In this document: positions 1 through 8,324 of the stretch, piece after piece
Layout of the letters: the number at the start of each line of letters is the position of its first letter
Numbering within the stretch: position 1 is the first letter of the stretch
Origin: Candidatus Thermofontivivens primus
GTDB taxonomy: Bacteria > Sysuimicrobiota > Sysuimicrobiia > Sysuimicrobiales > Thermofontiviventaceae
Assembly: GCA_031458695.1 (NCBI GenBank)
Contig: JAVKJW010000030.1
Coordinates: 1-23,192 of the forward strand
DNA: 23,192 nucleotides
Reading direction: 5' to 3'
Made by a program: the position numbers and the translations under genes
The notes under the pieces: generated by a model
Databases searched by the model: none
What the model saw: only the letters and a program-made list of their open reading frames with translations
Told to the model about the DNA's origin: nothing

Positions 1-446
1 ACCACCGCAGCTTGGTGTGGCCTCAGATAGGCAAGGATGAGGGCGATGGTCTGGGGATGCTCGTTCTGGATGAGGGAGACAAGCTGCAGGGGGTCCATGT
101 GGCGGAGATCGTCAAAGGGGCTTACCTGGAGGGAGGCGGAGAGTCTCTCGACAATCTCCCGGGCGCGCTGCTGCCCTAGGGCACGCTCCAGGACCTCCTG
201 GGCGTATTCCATCCCTCCCTGAGAGATGTACTGGTGGGCCAGCACGTTCTCCAGGGTCTCCCGGAAGACCTGATCCCTCTGCTCGGTGGAGACCTTTTGG
301 AGGCTCGCGATCTGGTAGGTCAGCTCCTCAATTTCATCATCCCGGAGGTGCTTCATCACCTCGGCGGAAAGCTCGCTCCCCAGGGCCACAAGGAGGATGG
401 CCGCCTTCTGACATCCTGGGACTTCAGCCCTCGTCCGTGTGAGCAT
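1..446 (-). CDS. fliG: Flagellar motor switch protein FliG (N-terminal part; runs off the window edge)
   Basis: Not in the ORF track because there is no stop in the window. Manual translation from ATG 446 (SD GGAGG upstream) gives MLTRTRAEVPGCQKAAILLVALGSELSAEVMKHL...QGGMEYAQEVLERALG...IQNEHPQTIALILAYL, with the KAAILL, GG-x-Y and EHPQ motifs of FliG. Directly follows fliF. Confidence 0.96.
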   Translation of the reverse strand, partial: MLTRTRAEVPGCQKAAILLVALGSELSAEVMKHLRDDEIEELTYQIASLQKVSTEQRDQVFRETLENVLAHQYISQGGMEYAQEVLERALGQQRAREIVERLSASLQVSPFDDLRHMDPLQLVSLIQNEHPQTIALILAYLRPHQAAV

Positions 447-458
447 CCCGTTCCTCCC

Positions 459-2075
459 TCACTTCTCTGCGAGCCAGCTCCGTATAATCGCGGCCACGTC
501 GGCAGGCCTCTGTTTCGCAAGCTTCTGGATCTCCCGCTCGATGGCCAGACGGCGCTGGTCCTCCATGGATTGCTCAAGGCTCTTCTCAAGCTCCGCAAGG
601 GTGAGCGCCTCCTGTTCCTCTGCCGCTCGCTGGATGAGAACGCTCACCTCCTCCGCCCGGGCACGTTTCGTTCCATCTCCCTCAGTGACCACGGCCGGCG
701 GGGGAGTCTTTTCCACAACAGCAGGGCGGCGGCGTCGAAGCACGAGGGCCAAGAGCGCCACCAGGAACAGGAAACCAACGAGAGACCCGGCACCGATCAC
801 CATCCACCGGGAGATCCCCCGTTGCGTCGATTTCGGTACTTGGGCTCCTGCTTCCGTAACCGGTTCTTCCGCCTGGCGCTGGAAGGGGATGGCCTGGACG
901 ATCAACCTGTCCCCACGGCGCGAATCTAGCCCTAGCCCAGCCTCGACCACCTGACGGACGGTGCCCAGTTGCTGGGGGTTCATCGTCCCGTCGATGAGCA
1001 CAGAAACCGAAAGGCGCTTGACATCCCCGCCAGAGGCGATTTCCTCGATCACGCTCCGGTTGATCTCGTAGGTCGTGGAGGATTGTTTCCGGCTGTACTG
1101 AGTGTTGCTTGCACCGCCTGCGGGCGTGCCATACGTGGGCACGTTAGATCCACTACCAGGTACCCCTCCACCCGTAGCTCCTGCGCTCTGGTAGGTCTCT
1201 TCGGTGGTCTGCTCGCTGCGCACGACCCCCTGGCTTCCTCGCACAGGCTGGAAGACCTCGCGCTGGACCTGGCGGCGGGTAAAGTCCATCTCGGCGCTCA
1301 CCCTGACGACAGCCCTGTTCGGGCCCACAACCCGCTCTAGCATGGACTGGATCCTCCGCTCCAGCGTCGCCTCCACTTGCTGGCGAATGGCCAGTTGCTC
1401 GCTCGTCAGGCCCAGTCCCGCGGGATCGTTGCTACCAGTGGTGAGGATGTTCCCGTCCCCATCGAGGATCGTCACGCGCTCCGGGGTCAACCCTTCGACA
1501 CTGCTGGCAACGAGGTGAGCAATCCCTTGGATCTGCCTGCGTTCAAGGTGCGCCCCCGGTCGCAGACGCACAATCACCGAGGCCGATGCCTCGGGACGCT
1601 CGTCTGCGAATAGGCTCTCCTTTGGAAGGACAATGTGAACCCTGGCATCCTCTACCTCAGAGAGGGTCATAATGGTCCGGGCAAGCTCTCCCTGTAGGGC
1701 TCGCTGCAGGTTCACCCGCTGGGCCAGTTCCGTGGTCCCAAAGTTCATCCGGTCGAAGAGCTCGAATCCTATGGTTCCCCCGCGGGGAAGTCCCTCGCTG
1801 GCGAGCTGAAAGCGGACCCGGTAGAGGTCCTTTGTCGGGACCTCAATGGACATCCCGCCGGGACCAATGCGGTAGGGTACCCCCATCTCCGTGAGCTTGC
1901 TCACGATCTCGCTGGCGTCCTCGGGGCGGAGCCTTGTGAACAGGGGCGCGTAATCCCCACGGCCCCGGACCATGGCAACGGCGGCAACGAGCAGGATGAC
2001 CAAAAGAGGAACCGTCACCACGGTGATCCGTTGTCCCGGACCCCAGCTACTCCAAAGCTTACGCAGGTTCTCCAT
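459..2075 (-). CDS. fliF: Flagellar MS-ring protein FliF
   Basis: 538 aa with an N-terminal TM helix, GFELFD, RALQGELARTI, ARVHIVLP, ASASV and a second TM helix near the C-terminus. Lies between fliE and fliG. Confidence 0.97.
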   Translation of the reverse strand: MENLRKLWSSWGPGQRITVVTVPLLVILLVAAVAMVRGRGDYAPLFTRLRPEDASEIVSKLTEMGVPYRIGPGGMSIEVPTKDLYRVRFQLASEGLPRGGTIGFELFDRMNFGTTELAQRVNLQRALQGELARTIMTLSEVEDARVHIVLPKESLFADERPEASASVIVRLRPGAHLERRQIQGIAHLVASSVEGLTPERVTILDGDGNILTTGSNDPAGLGLTSEQLAIRQQVEATLERRIQSMLERVVGPNRAVVRVSAEMDFTRRQVQREVFQPVRGSQGVVRSEQTTEETYQSAGATGGGVPGSGSNVPTYGTPAGGASNTQYSRKQSSTTYEINRSVIEEIASGGDVKRLSVSVLIDGTMNPQQLGTVRQVVEAGLGLDSRRGDRLIVQAIPFQRQAEEPVTEAGAQVPKSTQRGISRWMVIGAGSLVGFLFLVALLALVLRRRRPAVVEKTPPPAVVTEGDGTKRARAEEVSVLIQRAAEEQEALTLAELEKSLEQSMEDQRRLAIEREIQKLAKQRPADVAAIIRSWLAEK

Positions 2076-2156
2076 TTATCCTGTCCGATCTGGCTATCTG
2101 GTCCGTCCCGTTATTTTCTTCAGCACTTTTCGATCATGCATCACGATGCCAGGAGA

Positions 2157-2441
2157 TCACACCTGCATGCGCATGATCTCCTGGTAGGCTTCGACCAGCT
2201 TGTTCCGCACCTGGATGGTGAGCTGCAGGGCCAGGTTGGCTTGTTCGAGAGCGACCATCACCGCATGCACATCTTGGGCCTGGCCGGTGGCCAGGGCCTT
2301 CGCTGCTTCATCTGCACGCTGCTGCAAGGTATCGACGGCACTCACGGCTTCCTCAAGCATCGCTACGAAGTCACGAAGGGTCTCGCCGAGGGAGGAGGCG
2401 GAGGGTGAGCTCGCCGGCCCCCGGATACCGGAGATCTGCAT
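2157..2441 (-). CDS. fliE: Flagellar hook-basal body protein FliE
   Basis: C-terminal DVHAVMVALEQANLALQLTIQVRNKLVEAYQEIMRMQV is the FliE signature. ATG 2441 preferred because of SD GGAGGT spacing; GTG 2450 is an alternative start. Confidence 0.96.
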   Translation of the reverse strand: MQISGIRGPASSPSASSLGETLRDFVAMLEEAVSAVDTLQQRADEAAKALATGQAQDVHAVMVALEQANLALQLTIQVRNKLVEAYQEIMRMQV

Positions 2442-2453
2442 CCTCTCCACCTC

Positions 2454-2903
2454 CTACCCCCGGACAATGTCCAGCGACCGCAGGACCATGGCCTTGGTGG
2501 CCTCGATGGCGACTACGTTCGCTTCGTATGCTCTCCTGGCAGCGATGAGATCCACCATCTCCAGGAGGGGATTCACGTTCGGATAGGCCACGAAACCCCT
2601 CGCGTCGGCGTCAGGGTGGCCGGGTTCGTAGACCAATCGCGGGGGCGAAGAGTCTTCCACGATGCCCACCACAGCGACTCCTCCCCCAGTCCCCTCTGCA
2701 GCGCTCAGAAACCGGGCGAACGGGGTTTCCACCGGTAGTACCTCGCTTGCGAGGGAAGCAAGTACGACCTGCCTGCGCCTGTATGGGCCCCCTGTAGACC
2801 TCGTCGTGCTGGCATTGGCTAGGTTCTGCGCAGCGACCTCCATGCGCAGCCGCTGCGCTGTGAGACCCGAGGCGCTGACAGCGAGTGCGGAGAAAGCGCT
2901 CAT
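2454..2903 (-). CDS. flgC: Flagellar basal-body rod protein FlgC
   Basis: SASGLTAQRLRMEVAAQNLANASTT, PYRRR, YEPGHPDAD, PNVN and RAYEAN motifs. Confidence 0.97.
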   Translation of the reverse strand: MSAFSALAVSASGLTAQRLRMEVAAQNLANASTTRSTGGPYRRRQVVLASLASEVLPVETPFARFLSAAEGTGGGVAVVGIVEDSSPPRLVYEPGHPDADARGFVAYPNVNPLLEMVDLIAARRAYEANVVAIEATKAMVLRSLDIVRG

Positions 2904-2915
2904 CCTCTTCCCTCC

Positions 2916-3290
2916 TTACCGTCTTCCTTCTGTGATGGCGGCCCTAAGCATCGCTAATTTGACGCGTAGGGCCGCCGTAACCGATTGAAAGAGCAAAGCG
3001 TTCTCTGTGAGCTCGACCAACTCTTGATCGACATCGACCCCGTTCCCGTCCAGACGGGACAAGCGGTTCTCCTGCACCAGGAACACTTGAGGTCCCCCTG
3101 TCTTGTTCCCCCATCCCTCCGGATCCTCCATCGCCTGGAGAAGAGCCCTACGGAAGTCCACATCCATTCGCCGGTACCCAGGGGTCTCCGCGTTTGCTAG
3201 GTTCTGGGCAAGGACACGCTGGCGCAAATTGAGAAGATCCAGCGCCTTCCCGAGGAACCGTACTGTGAAATCCCCAAGAAGCCCACCCAT
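2916..3290 (-). CDS. flgB: Flagellar basal-body rod protein FlgB
   Basis: RQRVLAQNLANAETPGY and RLDGNGVDVDQE motifs. SD AAGGAG upstream; first gene of flgBC-fliEFG. Confidence 0.96.
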   Translation of the reverse strand: MGGLLGDFTVRFLGKALDLLNLRQRVLAQNLANAETPGYRRMDVDFRRALLQAMEDPEGWGNKTGGPQVFLVQENRLSRLDGNGVDVDQELVELTENALLFQSVTAALRVKLAMLRAAITEGRR

Positions 3291-3323
3291 GATCTCCTCT
3301 CCTTCCGTCCTCCCCTAAGATGG

Positions 3324-3339
3324 AGCAATTCGAGTGCCA
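3324..3339 (-). promoter_or_regulatory. sigma54 (-24/-12) promoter for the flgB operon
   Basis: Minus strand reads TGGCAC-TCGAA-TTGCT, an exact match to TGGCAC-N5-TTGCW, 33 nt upstream of the flgB start. Confidence 0.9.
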
Positions 3340-3416
3340 AGAGGAGCTCTGCCGGGGAAAGGTATCACAGAACCTTAGGGAGTGAAAAGCGGCCTTCGAA
3401 ATCGTACCGGGACCAC

Positions 3417-4937
3417 TTAGACTTTTGCTGGAGGGGTCTCTTGCGCACCCCGAGGTGTAGAAAATTCCCGGAAGAATTGCTGGTGGGACCACTTCAAGCG
3501 CAAGGATTCCTTCACTGCGAGTGCCTTGCGCTCCACCTGGACCCCTCGCTTGGCAGAGGGGGGGATTCCAATTTCCTCGCGGTATTTCGCCACCGTCCTC
3601 CGGGCGATGCGGATCCCCTCGCGGGTGAGCTGGGCAGCGATCTGCTGATCGGTGAGAGGTCTTCGAGGATCCTCCTGGGCGATAATCTCTTTGATCCGCT
3701 CCTTCACCGGGAGCGCTTGATCGAAGAAGATCTCCATGCTGACGACGCGTCCAGATGGAAGGAGGGCGTACTTCCCATCCAAGGCGCGGCTCACCGTGGA
3801 CTCACTGACGCCAAGGGCACTAGCGACCGCCGCCTTGGTGAGAGGCTTGAGGTAGCGAGGGCCATGGTCGAGAAAAGGACGCTGGATCTCTACGACCTTT
3901 TCCGCGATGGCACGCAAGATCACATGCCGCCGGCGGAGTACCTCGATGAACAGCTTCGCCCGGTTGACCTGCTCCTGGATGTGCTCTCTGGCGTCGGGGG
4001 CGAATTCCTTCGGGCGTTGCCGTGTCTCCTGGTAAAGCTGGCGGTAGAGGGGGTTCAAGCGCAACTCCATGACCGAGGCTCCCACAAGCTCGACCGTGTA
4101 CCCGTCCTCTGCAGGGAGAATGGCTACGTCGGGCCGTGCCACCTCATTTGGCCTTAGCCTGGGTCCACCCATCCGCTCGGCCTCATACCTATCTGCTGGG
4201 TGTGGGTAGCAGTGGGTCCGGATGTACTCGTGGGCCTCGCGGATGGCAGCGATGGGAACATTCAGCGCCCGGGCAACCTTGGCATACTGGCGGGAAGCGA
4301 GCTCTTTCAAGGAGGTGGCTACAATCCGTTGAGCCAGGAGGTTTATGGGCGAAGGCTCATATGCCCGTAACTGGAGGAGGAGACATTCCTCAACAGTGCG
4401 CGCCCCGATCCCTGGGGGATCGAAGGACTGGACGACCCCCAGGACCTTCTCGACAACCTCCACGGATACCCCGAACTTGATCGCGACTTGCTGCAGGTTG
4501 CAGTCCAGGAAGCCCCGCTCGTCGATGGAACCAATGAGGTACTCGCCGATCGACCGCTCCACGCCGGAGAGAGGACTCGCAGCGAGGCTCATCTGGAGGT
4601 GCTGGCTGAGGGAGACCTCCTGGGCCACACGGCTCAACGGGTCCTCCTCCTCATCGAGCGGGCGGGGTTTGAGAGGGTAAGCATCGAGATGATAGAGGAA
4701 CCGATCCATCGGTCTTCCGCAGGCATGACAGACTGGACCCTCGCTCTCCACCCCGCAGTGTGGGCATGGACGTGCGACACGCTCAATGGCCGGGTTGGTG
4801 GAGAGTTCCTCCTCGATGCGGGCGAGAAGTTGAGGAAGTGGAAGGACCAGGACCGCGTTCACAGCCATCAACTTCGGCACCATGCGCGGTGCGACCTGGG
4901 GAGAAACCTCCACTCCTAGGCTTGGCTGCATCGACAC
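3417..4937 (-). CDS. rpoN: RNA polymerase sigma-54 factor (atypical, with Cys4 insert)
   Basis: RpoN box ARRTVAKYRE, HTH GVSESTVSRA, core-binding motifs IDERGFL and FDPPGIGARTVEECLLLQL, and region I end EEELSTNPAIE. Start placed at GTG 4937 (SD AAGGAGG, 6-nt spacer) rather than 5012. Confidence 0.95.
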   Translation of the reverse strand: MSMQPSLGVEVSPQVAPRMVPKLMAVNAVLVLPLPQLLARIEEELSTNPAIERVARPCPHCGVESEGPVCHACGRPMDRFLYHLDAYPLKPRPLDEEEDPLSRVAQEVSLSQHLQMSLAASPLSGVERSIGEYLIGSIDERGFLDCNLQQVAIKFGVSVEVVEKVLGVVQSFDPPGIGARTVEECLLLQLRAYEPSPINLLAQRIVATSLKELASRQYAKVARALNVPIAAIREAHEYIRTHCYPHPADRYEAERMGGPRLRPNEVARPDVAILPAEDGYTVELVGASVMELRLNPLYRQLYQETRQRPKEFAPDAREHIQEQVNRAKLFIEVLRRRHVILRAIAEKVVEIQRPFLDHGPRYLKPLTKAAVASALGVSESTVSRALDGKYALLPSGRVVSMEIFFDQALPVKERIKEIIAQEDPRRPLTDQQIAAQLTREGIRIARRTVAKYREEIGIPPSAKRGVQVERKALAVKESLRLKWSHQQFFREFSTPRGAQETPPAKV

Positions 4938-5036
4938 GGCGTTCCTCCTTATTCTCTCTCCTGCCCGCTCTTCCTCTTCTGTGGCTCCGATCCCCTGGGA
5001 GGGACCCGGCAAACCTCAAAACTTTTGCAGGGTTCC

Positions 5037-5399
5037 TTATCCCATCGCCCGTCGGACAGCCTCAAGGAAGCGATTCACATCGAAGGGCTTCACCACAAAA
5101 TCCTTCGCCCCGGCCTGGATGGCGTCGACCACCAGCGCCTGCTGTCCCATGGCGCTCACCATAATGATCTTCGCATCGGGGTAACGGCTCATCAACTGCT
5201 TGACCGCCGTCACACCATCCATCTCGGGCATCGTGATATCCATGGTGACCAAATCAGGGCGGAGTTCCTCATACCGAACCAACGCCTCTACCCCGTTGGT
5301 AGCCTCCCCTACGACTTCGTACCCATTGGCGGTGAGGATATCTTTGATCATCGCCCGCATGAAGGTGGCGTCGTCCACCACCAGGACCTTACCTGGCAT
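5037..5399 (-). CDS. cheY: Chemotaxis response regulator CheY
   Basis: 120-aa single REC domain: VDDATFMR, DLVTMDITMPEMDG, VSAMGQQ, DFVVKPF (Bacillus/Thermotoga-type CheY). Overlaps the end of cheA. Confidence 0.95.
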   Translation of the reverse strand: MPGKVLVVDDATFMRAMIKDILTANGYEVVGEATNGVEALVRYEELRPDLVTMDITMPEMDGVTAVKQLMSRYPDAKIIMVSAMGQQALVVDAIQAGAKDFVVKPFDVNRFLEAVRRAMG

Positions 5400-7557
5400 A
5401 TCCTACCTCCTCCCTCTCTCCAGGCTCCTCAGTCACCCGATATGGGACAACTTCGGAAGGTTGAAGGGACGCCGTTCGATGAGGGATCCCCCGGTCTGCC
5501 CTCCGTTCTCTTCCTCGCGAATCCGCTGCCATCCAGATAAGCCTTCCCACGTCAAGGATCAGACCAACCCTGCCATCGCCGAGAATGGTGGCTCCGGAGA
5601 TCCCAGGGACATCCCCCAGGTAGCTCCCTAGCGATTTGATGACCACCTCCTGCTCCCCGATCAATCGATCCACCACGAGTCCCAACTTGCTGTCCCCGGA
5701 GATGGCCACAACGCAGAGTAGATCACCATCGGGAAGCTGCCCACCATCTAAACCCAGTAACCCAGCCAGGGAAAGGATGGGCAGCACCTCCTGTCGCAGG
5801 AGGATCACTGCCTGCTGGTTTATAAAGTGCACCTCTTCTGGGCGCGTCCGGATGATTTCCTGGACAGACCCAAGGGGCAGGGCGTAGGTACCCTCACCGA
5901 CACCTACGAGCAAAGCCCGCATAATGGCAAGGGTCAGGGGAAGTTTGAGAATCACGCGCGTCCCGGTGCCTCGTTGGGTCCGGATCCTCACGGATCCCCC
6001 GATAGCCTGGATGTTGTTCCGCACGATGTCCATGCCCACACCACGGCCCGAGACGTCGCTTGTCCTCTCCGCTGTGGAGAACCCAGGAAGGAACACCAAC
6101 TCAGTAATCTCCTGGTCGCTCATCCGCTCAAGCTGCTCCTCGCTGACGAGCCCCAGGGCCAGGGCTTTCGCCTTTACACGGTCCAGGTCGATCCCCCGGC
6201 CGTCATCCTCGACGATGATGACAATGCTGTTCTCTTCATGGGAGGCCCTTAGGCGGATGACCCCTTTGGCTGGCTTCCCGGCTTTGAGACGCTCCTCGGG
6301 AGTCTCAATCCCGTGATCGACAGCGTTTCGGAGAAGGTGGATCAGTGGGTCACTGATCTGCTCGATGACCGTCCTGTCTAGCTCCGTCTCCCGACCTTCC
6401 ATGAGAAACTCTACTTGCTTCCCAGCCTGACGCGCGAGATCTCTGACCATCCGGGGGAACCGGCTGAAAAGCTGGTCGATAGGGAGCATCCTGGCTTTCA
6501 TGATCTGCGCCTGGAGCTCGTTGGTAATCCGCCCGATGTGGCGGGAGGTCTCCATCAACTCGTCGATGAGCCGGTCGTGGTTGAACCGTCCGGCGAGCTC
6601 CTTGTTGATGCGCGTGAGCCGGATGCGATCAATGACCAACTCGCCTACAAGGTTCATCAGCTCGTCCAGGCGCTCCACATCCACCCGTACTGTCTGGTTC
6701 ACCCGTTGCGCTCCCTCTGGAGCCCTTGACGGGCCACGAGGTTCCTGAGAAATCCTGGTCTCCGAAGTGGGAGAACCCTCCTCATCTTGGGAGACTTCCT
6801 CCTTCCATGGTGCGACGTCCACCGCAGCGATGTCCAGGATGCTTGCCACTGTATTGCGCAACCTGTCAGGATCCTCGTGGCTCAGTACGATCAGGGAGAA
6901 GGTCTCGTCGAACTGCTCTTTCTCCAGCTCCTCCGCGCTGGGCCGGGATCCGACGACCTCCCCTAGCTCTTCCAGCGCCCTTGTGACCATGAAAGCTCGC
7001 ACACCTTTCATGGGACAACCGGGGACAACTCGTACAGTGACGATGTACGGCTCGACCCCATGGAGCGCTGCTTGCCGCAGGATTCGGCGTTCGTACTCGT
7101 TCAGGAGAATACCCTTTGCCTGGTCACTTCTCCCTGGCGGAGTCGAGAGACTTCCCGCCGATGCAGGGACGTCTCGGCATCCCTGCCTTTCAAGCCGGGC
7201 AATCAGCTCAGAAGGGTCGGTGATCTCTTGGCCGTGAACAATCACCTCTTCCTTCATCGCCTTGAGCGCATCAAGGCAAGCGAGGAGGAGATCCACGACC
7301 TCGACGGTTACAGAGGCTTCCCCCTTCCTGAGTCTATCCAGGACCTCCTCCATCCCGTGGGTGAGTCGGCTCATGCGCTCAAAACCCATCGCCGCCGAGG
7401 AACCCTTGATGGTGTGAGCTGCCCGGAACAGGGAGTGGAGGACTTCCCGGTCATGGTGATCTCGCTCAAGAGCCAGGATCCCCTCCTCGAGCTTCTGGAT
7501 CTGCTCCCCCACCTCATCGAGGAAGACCGCCAAATATTGGGTCATATCAGAGGACAC
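5389..7557 (-). CDS. cheA: Chemotaxis histidine kinase CheA
   Basis: Hpt FRAAHTIKGSS, P2 domain, dimerisation motif RVDVERLDELMNLVGELVI, HLLRNAVDHG, DDGRG, GRGVGMD and a C-terminal CheW domain. Start placed at GTG 7557 (MSSDMTQYL, SD GAGGTG) or ATG 7545 rather than 7650. Confidence 0.97.
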   Translation of the reverse strand: MSSDMTQYLAVFLDEVGEQIQKLEEGILALERDHHDREVLHSLFRAAHTIKGSSAAMGFERMSRLTHGMEEVLDRLRKGEASVTVEVVDLLLACLDALKAMKEEVIVHGQEITDPSELIARLERQGCRDVPASAGSLSTPPGRSDQAKGILLNEYERRILRQAALHGVEPYIVTVRVVPGCPMKGVRAFMVTRALEELGEVVGSRPSAEELEKEQFDETFSLIVLSHEDPDRLRNTVASILDIAAVDVAPWKEEVSQDEEGSPTSETRISQEPRGPSRAPEGAQRVNQTVRVDVERLDELMNLVGELVIDRIRLTRINKELAGRFNHDRLIDELMETSRHIGRITNELQAQIMKARMLPIDQLFSRFPRMVRDLARQAGKQVEFLMEGRETELDRTVIEQISDPLIHLLRNAVDHGIETPEERLKAGKPAKGVIRLRASHEENSIVIIVEDDGRGIDLDRVKAKALALGLVSEEQLERMSDQEITELVFLPGFSTAERTSDVSGRGVGMDIVRNNIQAIGGSVRIRTQRGTGTRVILKLPLTLAIMRALLVGVGEGTYALPLGSVQEIIRTRPEEVHFINQQAVILLRQEVLPILSLAGLLGLDGGQLPDGDLLCVVAISGDSKLGLVVDRLIGEQEVVIKSLGSYLGDVPGISGATILGDGRVGLILDVGRLIWMAADSRGRERRADRGIPHRTASLQPSEVVPYRVTEEPGEREEVGYAR

Positions 7558-7773
7558 GATCCACCTCGCTCTCACTGAACTTTGCACTCCAACTGTCCGT
7601 AGCCAGCCACGTAGCGAAGCAGGTAGCGCACCCGCTGTACGACGCAGCACTGCGTCCTTGCCTTCCTAGGAACCAACGCCCTTCAACATCCGGCAAAACT
7701 CTTTTCCCCCTCGTCGGTGACCCCACACAAGGATTCTCAGCGAAATCTCGTCAAAGAATTGCCTGAAGGCTAC

Positions 7774-8256
7774 TTATACGCTTGCGGCAGCCAGCTCGGC
7801 CTTCTCGGTCTTGGTCAGGACCTTCTCTAAATCAAGTAAGATAATGAGCCTATCAGCAAGCTTACCCACACCCCTGAGGTACTCCACATCAACATTGGCT
7901 ATCACCGGGGAGGGTGGCTCGATGGCCTCCACGGGGAGGCGCAAGACCTCTGAGACAGCGTCCACGATCAACCCCACGGTGTGAGGAGGGATCTCGACCA
8001 CGACAATCCTTGTCTTGTCGGTGTACTGGCCGTTGGGAAGGTTAAAGCGCTTCCTGAGGTCAAGAACAGGGATCACCTTGCCCCGCAAATTGATGACACC
8101 CTCAATGAAGCTCGGTGCCCTTGGGATCCGGGTGATCTCCTGCATACGGATGATCTCGTGGACCATGGCAATGTCCACTCCGTAGATCTCCTTATCGAGC
8201 TGGAAGGCAACGAGCTGCTCTTCCTTCTTCTGCTGGACATCGCTCCCGCTCACCAT
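7774..8256 (-). CDS. cheW: Chemotaxis coupling protein CheW
   Basis: QLVAFQL, ITRIPRAPSFIEGVINLRGKVIPVLDLRKRF, GLIVDAVSEV and LIILLDL motifs. ATG 8256 with SD AAGGAGGTG. Confidence 0.97.
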   Translation of the reverse strand: MVSGSDVQQKKEEQLVAFQLDKEIYGVDIAMVHEIIRMQEITRIPRAPSFIEGVINLRGKVIPVLDLRKRFNLPNGQYTDKTRIVVVEIPPHTVGLIVDAVSEVLRLPVEAIEPPSPVIANVDVEYLRGVGKLADRLIILLDLEKVLTKTEKAELAAASV

Positions 8257-8300
8257 ACTTTTCACCTCCTTCGTTTTGCACAAGCCGGCATGATCCAGTA

Positions 8301-8323
8301 CCCAGTGGCCTGAGCACACTGGG
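8301..8323 (-). other. Hairpin immediately after the HD-GYP stop codon (possible pause, processing or weak termination site)
   Basis: CCCAGTG-N9-CACTGGG inverted repeat. No U-tract follows, so it is not a canonical intrinsic terminator. Confidence 0.4.
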
Positions 8324-8324
8324 A

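Noticed and set aside
2136..2151. TGGCATCGTGATGCA on the minus strand upstream of fliF, resembling a sigma54 promoter
   Set aside because: The GG-to-GC spacing is one base short, and sigma54 spacing is essentially invariant.
7558..7650. Extended starts from the ORF track for cheA (7650), and likewise rpoN (5012), cheW (8319) and fliS (14124)
   Set aside because: Downstream starts have clear SD sequences and match the usual family N-termini.
5037..8256. Apparent minimal chemotaxis system lacking cheB, cheR, cheC/D and chemoreceptors
   Set aside because: The window covers only part of the cluster, so absence here says nothing about the genome.
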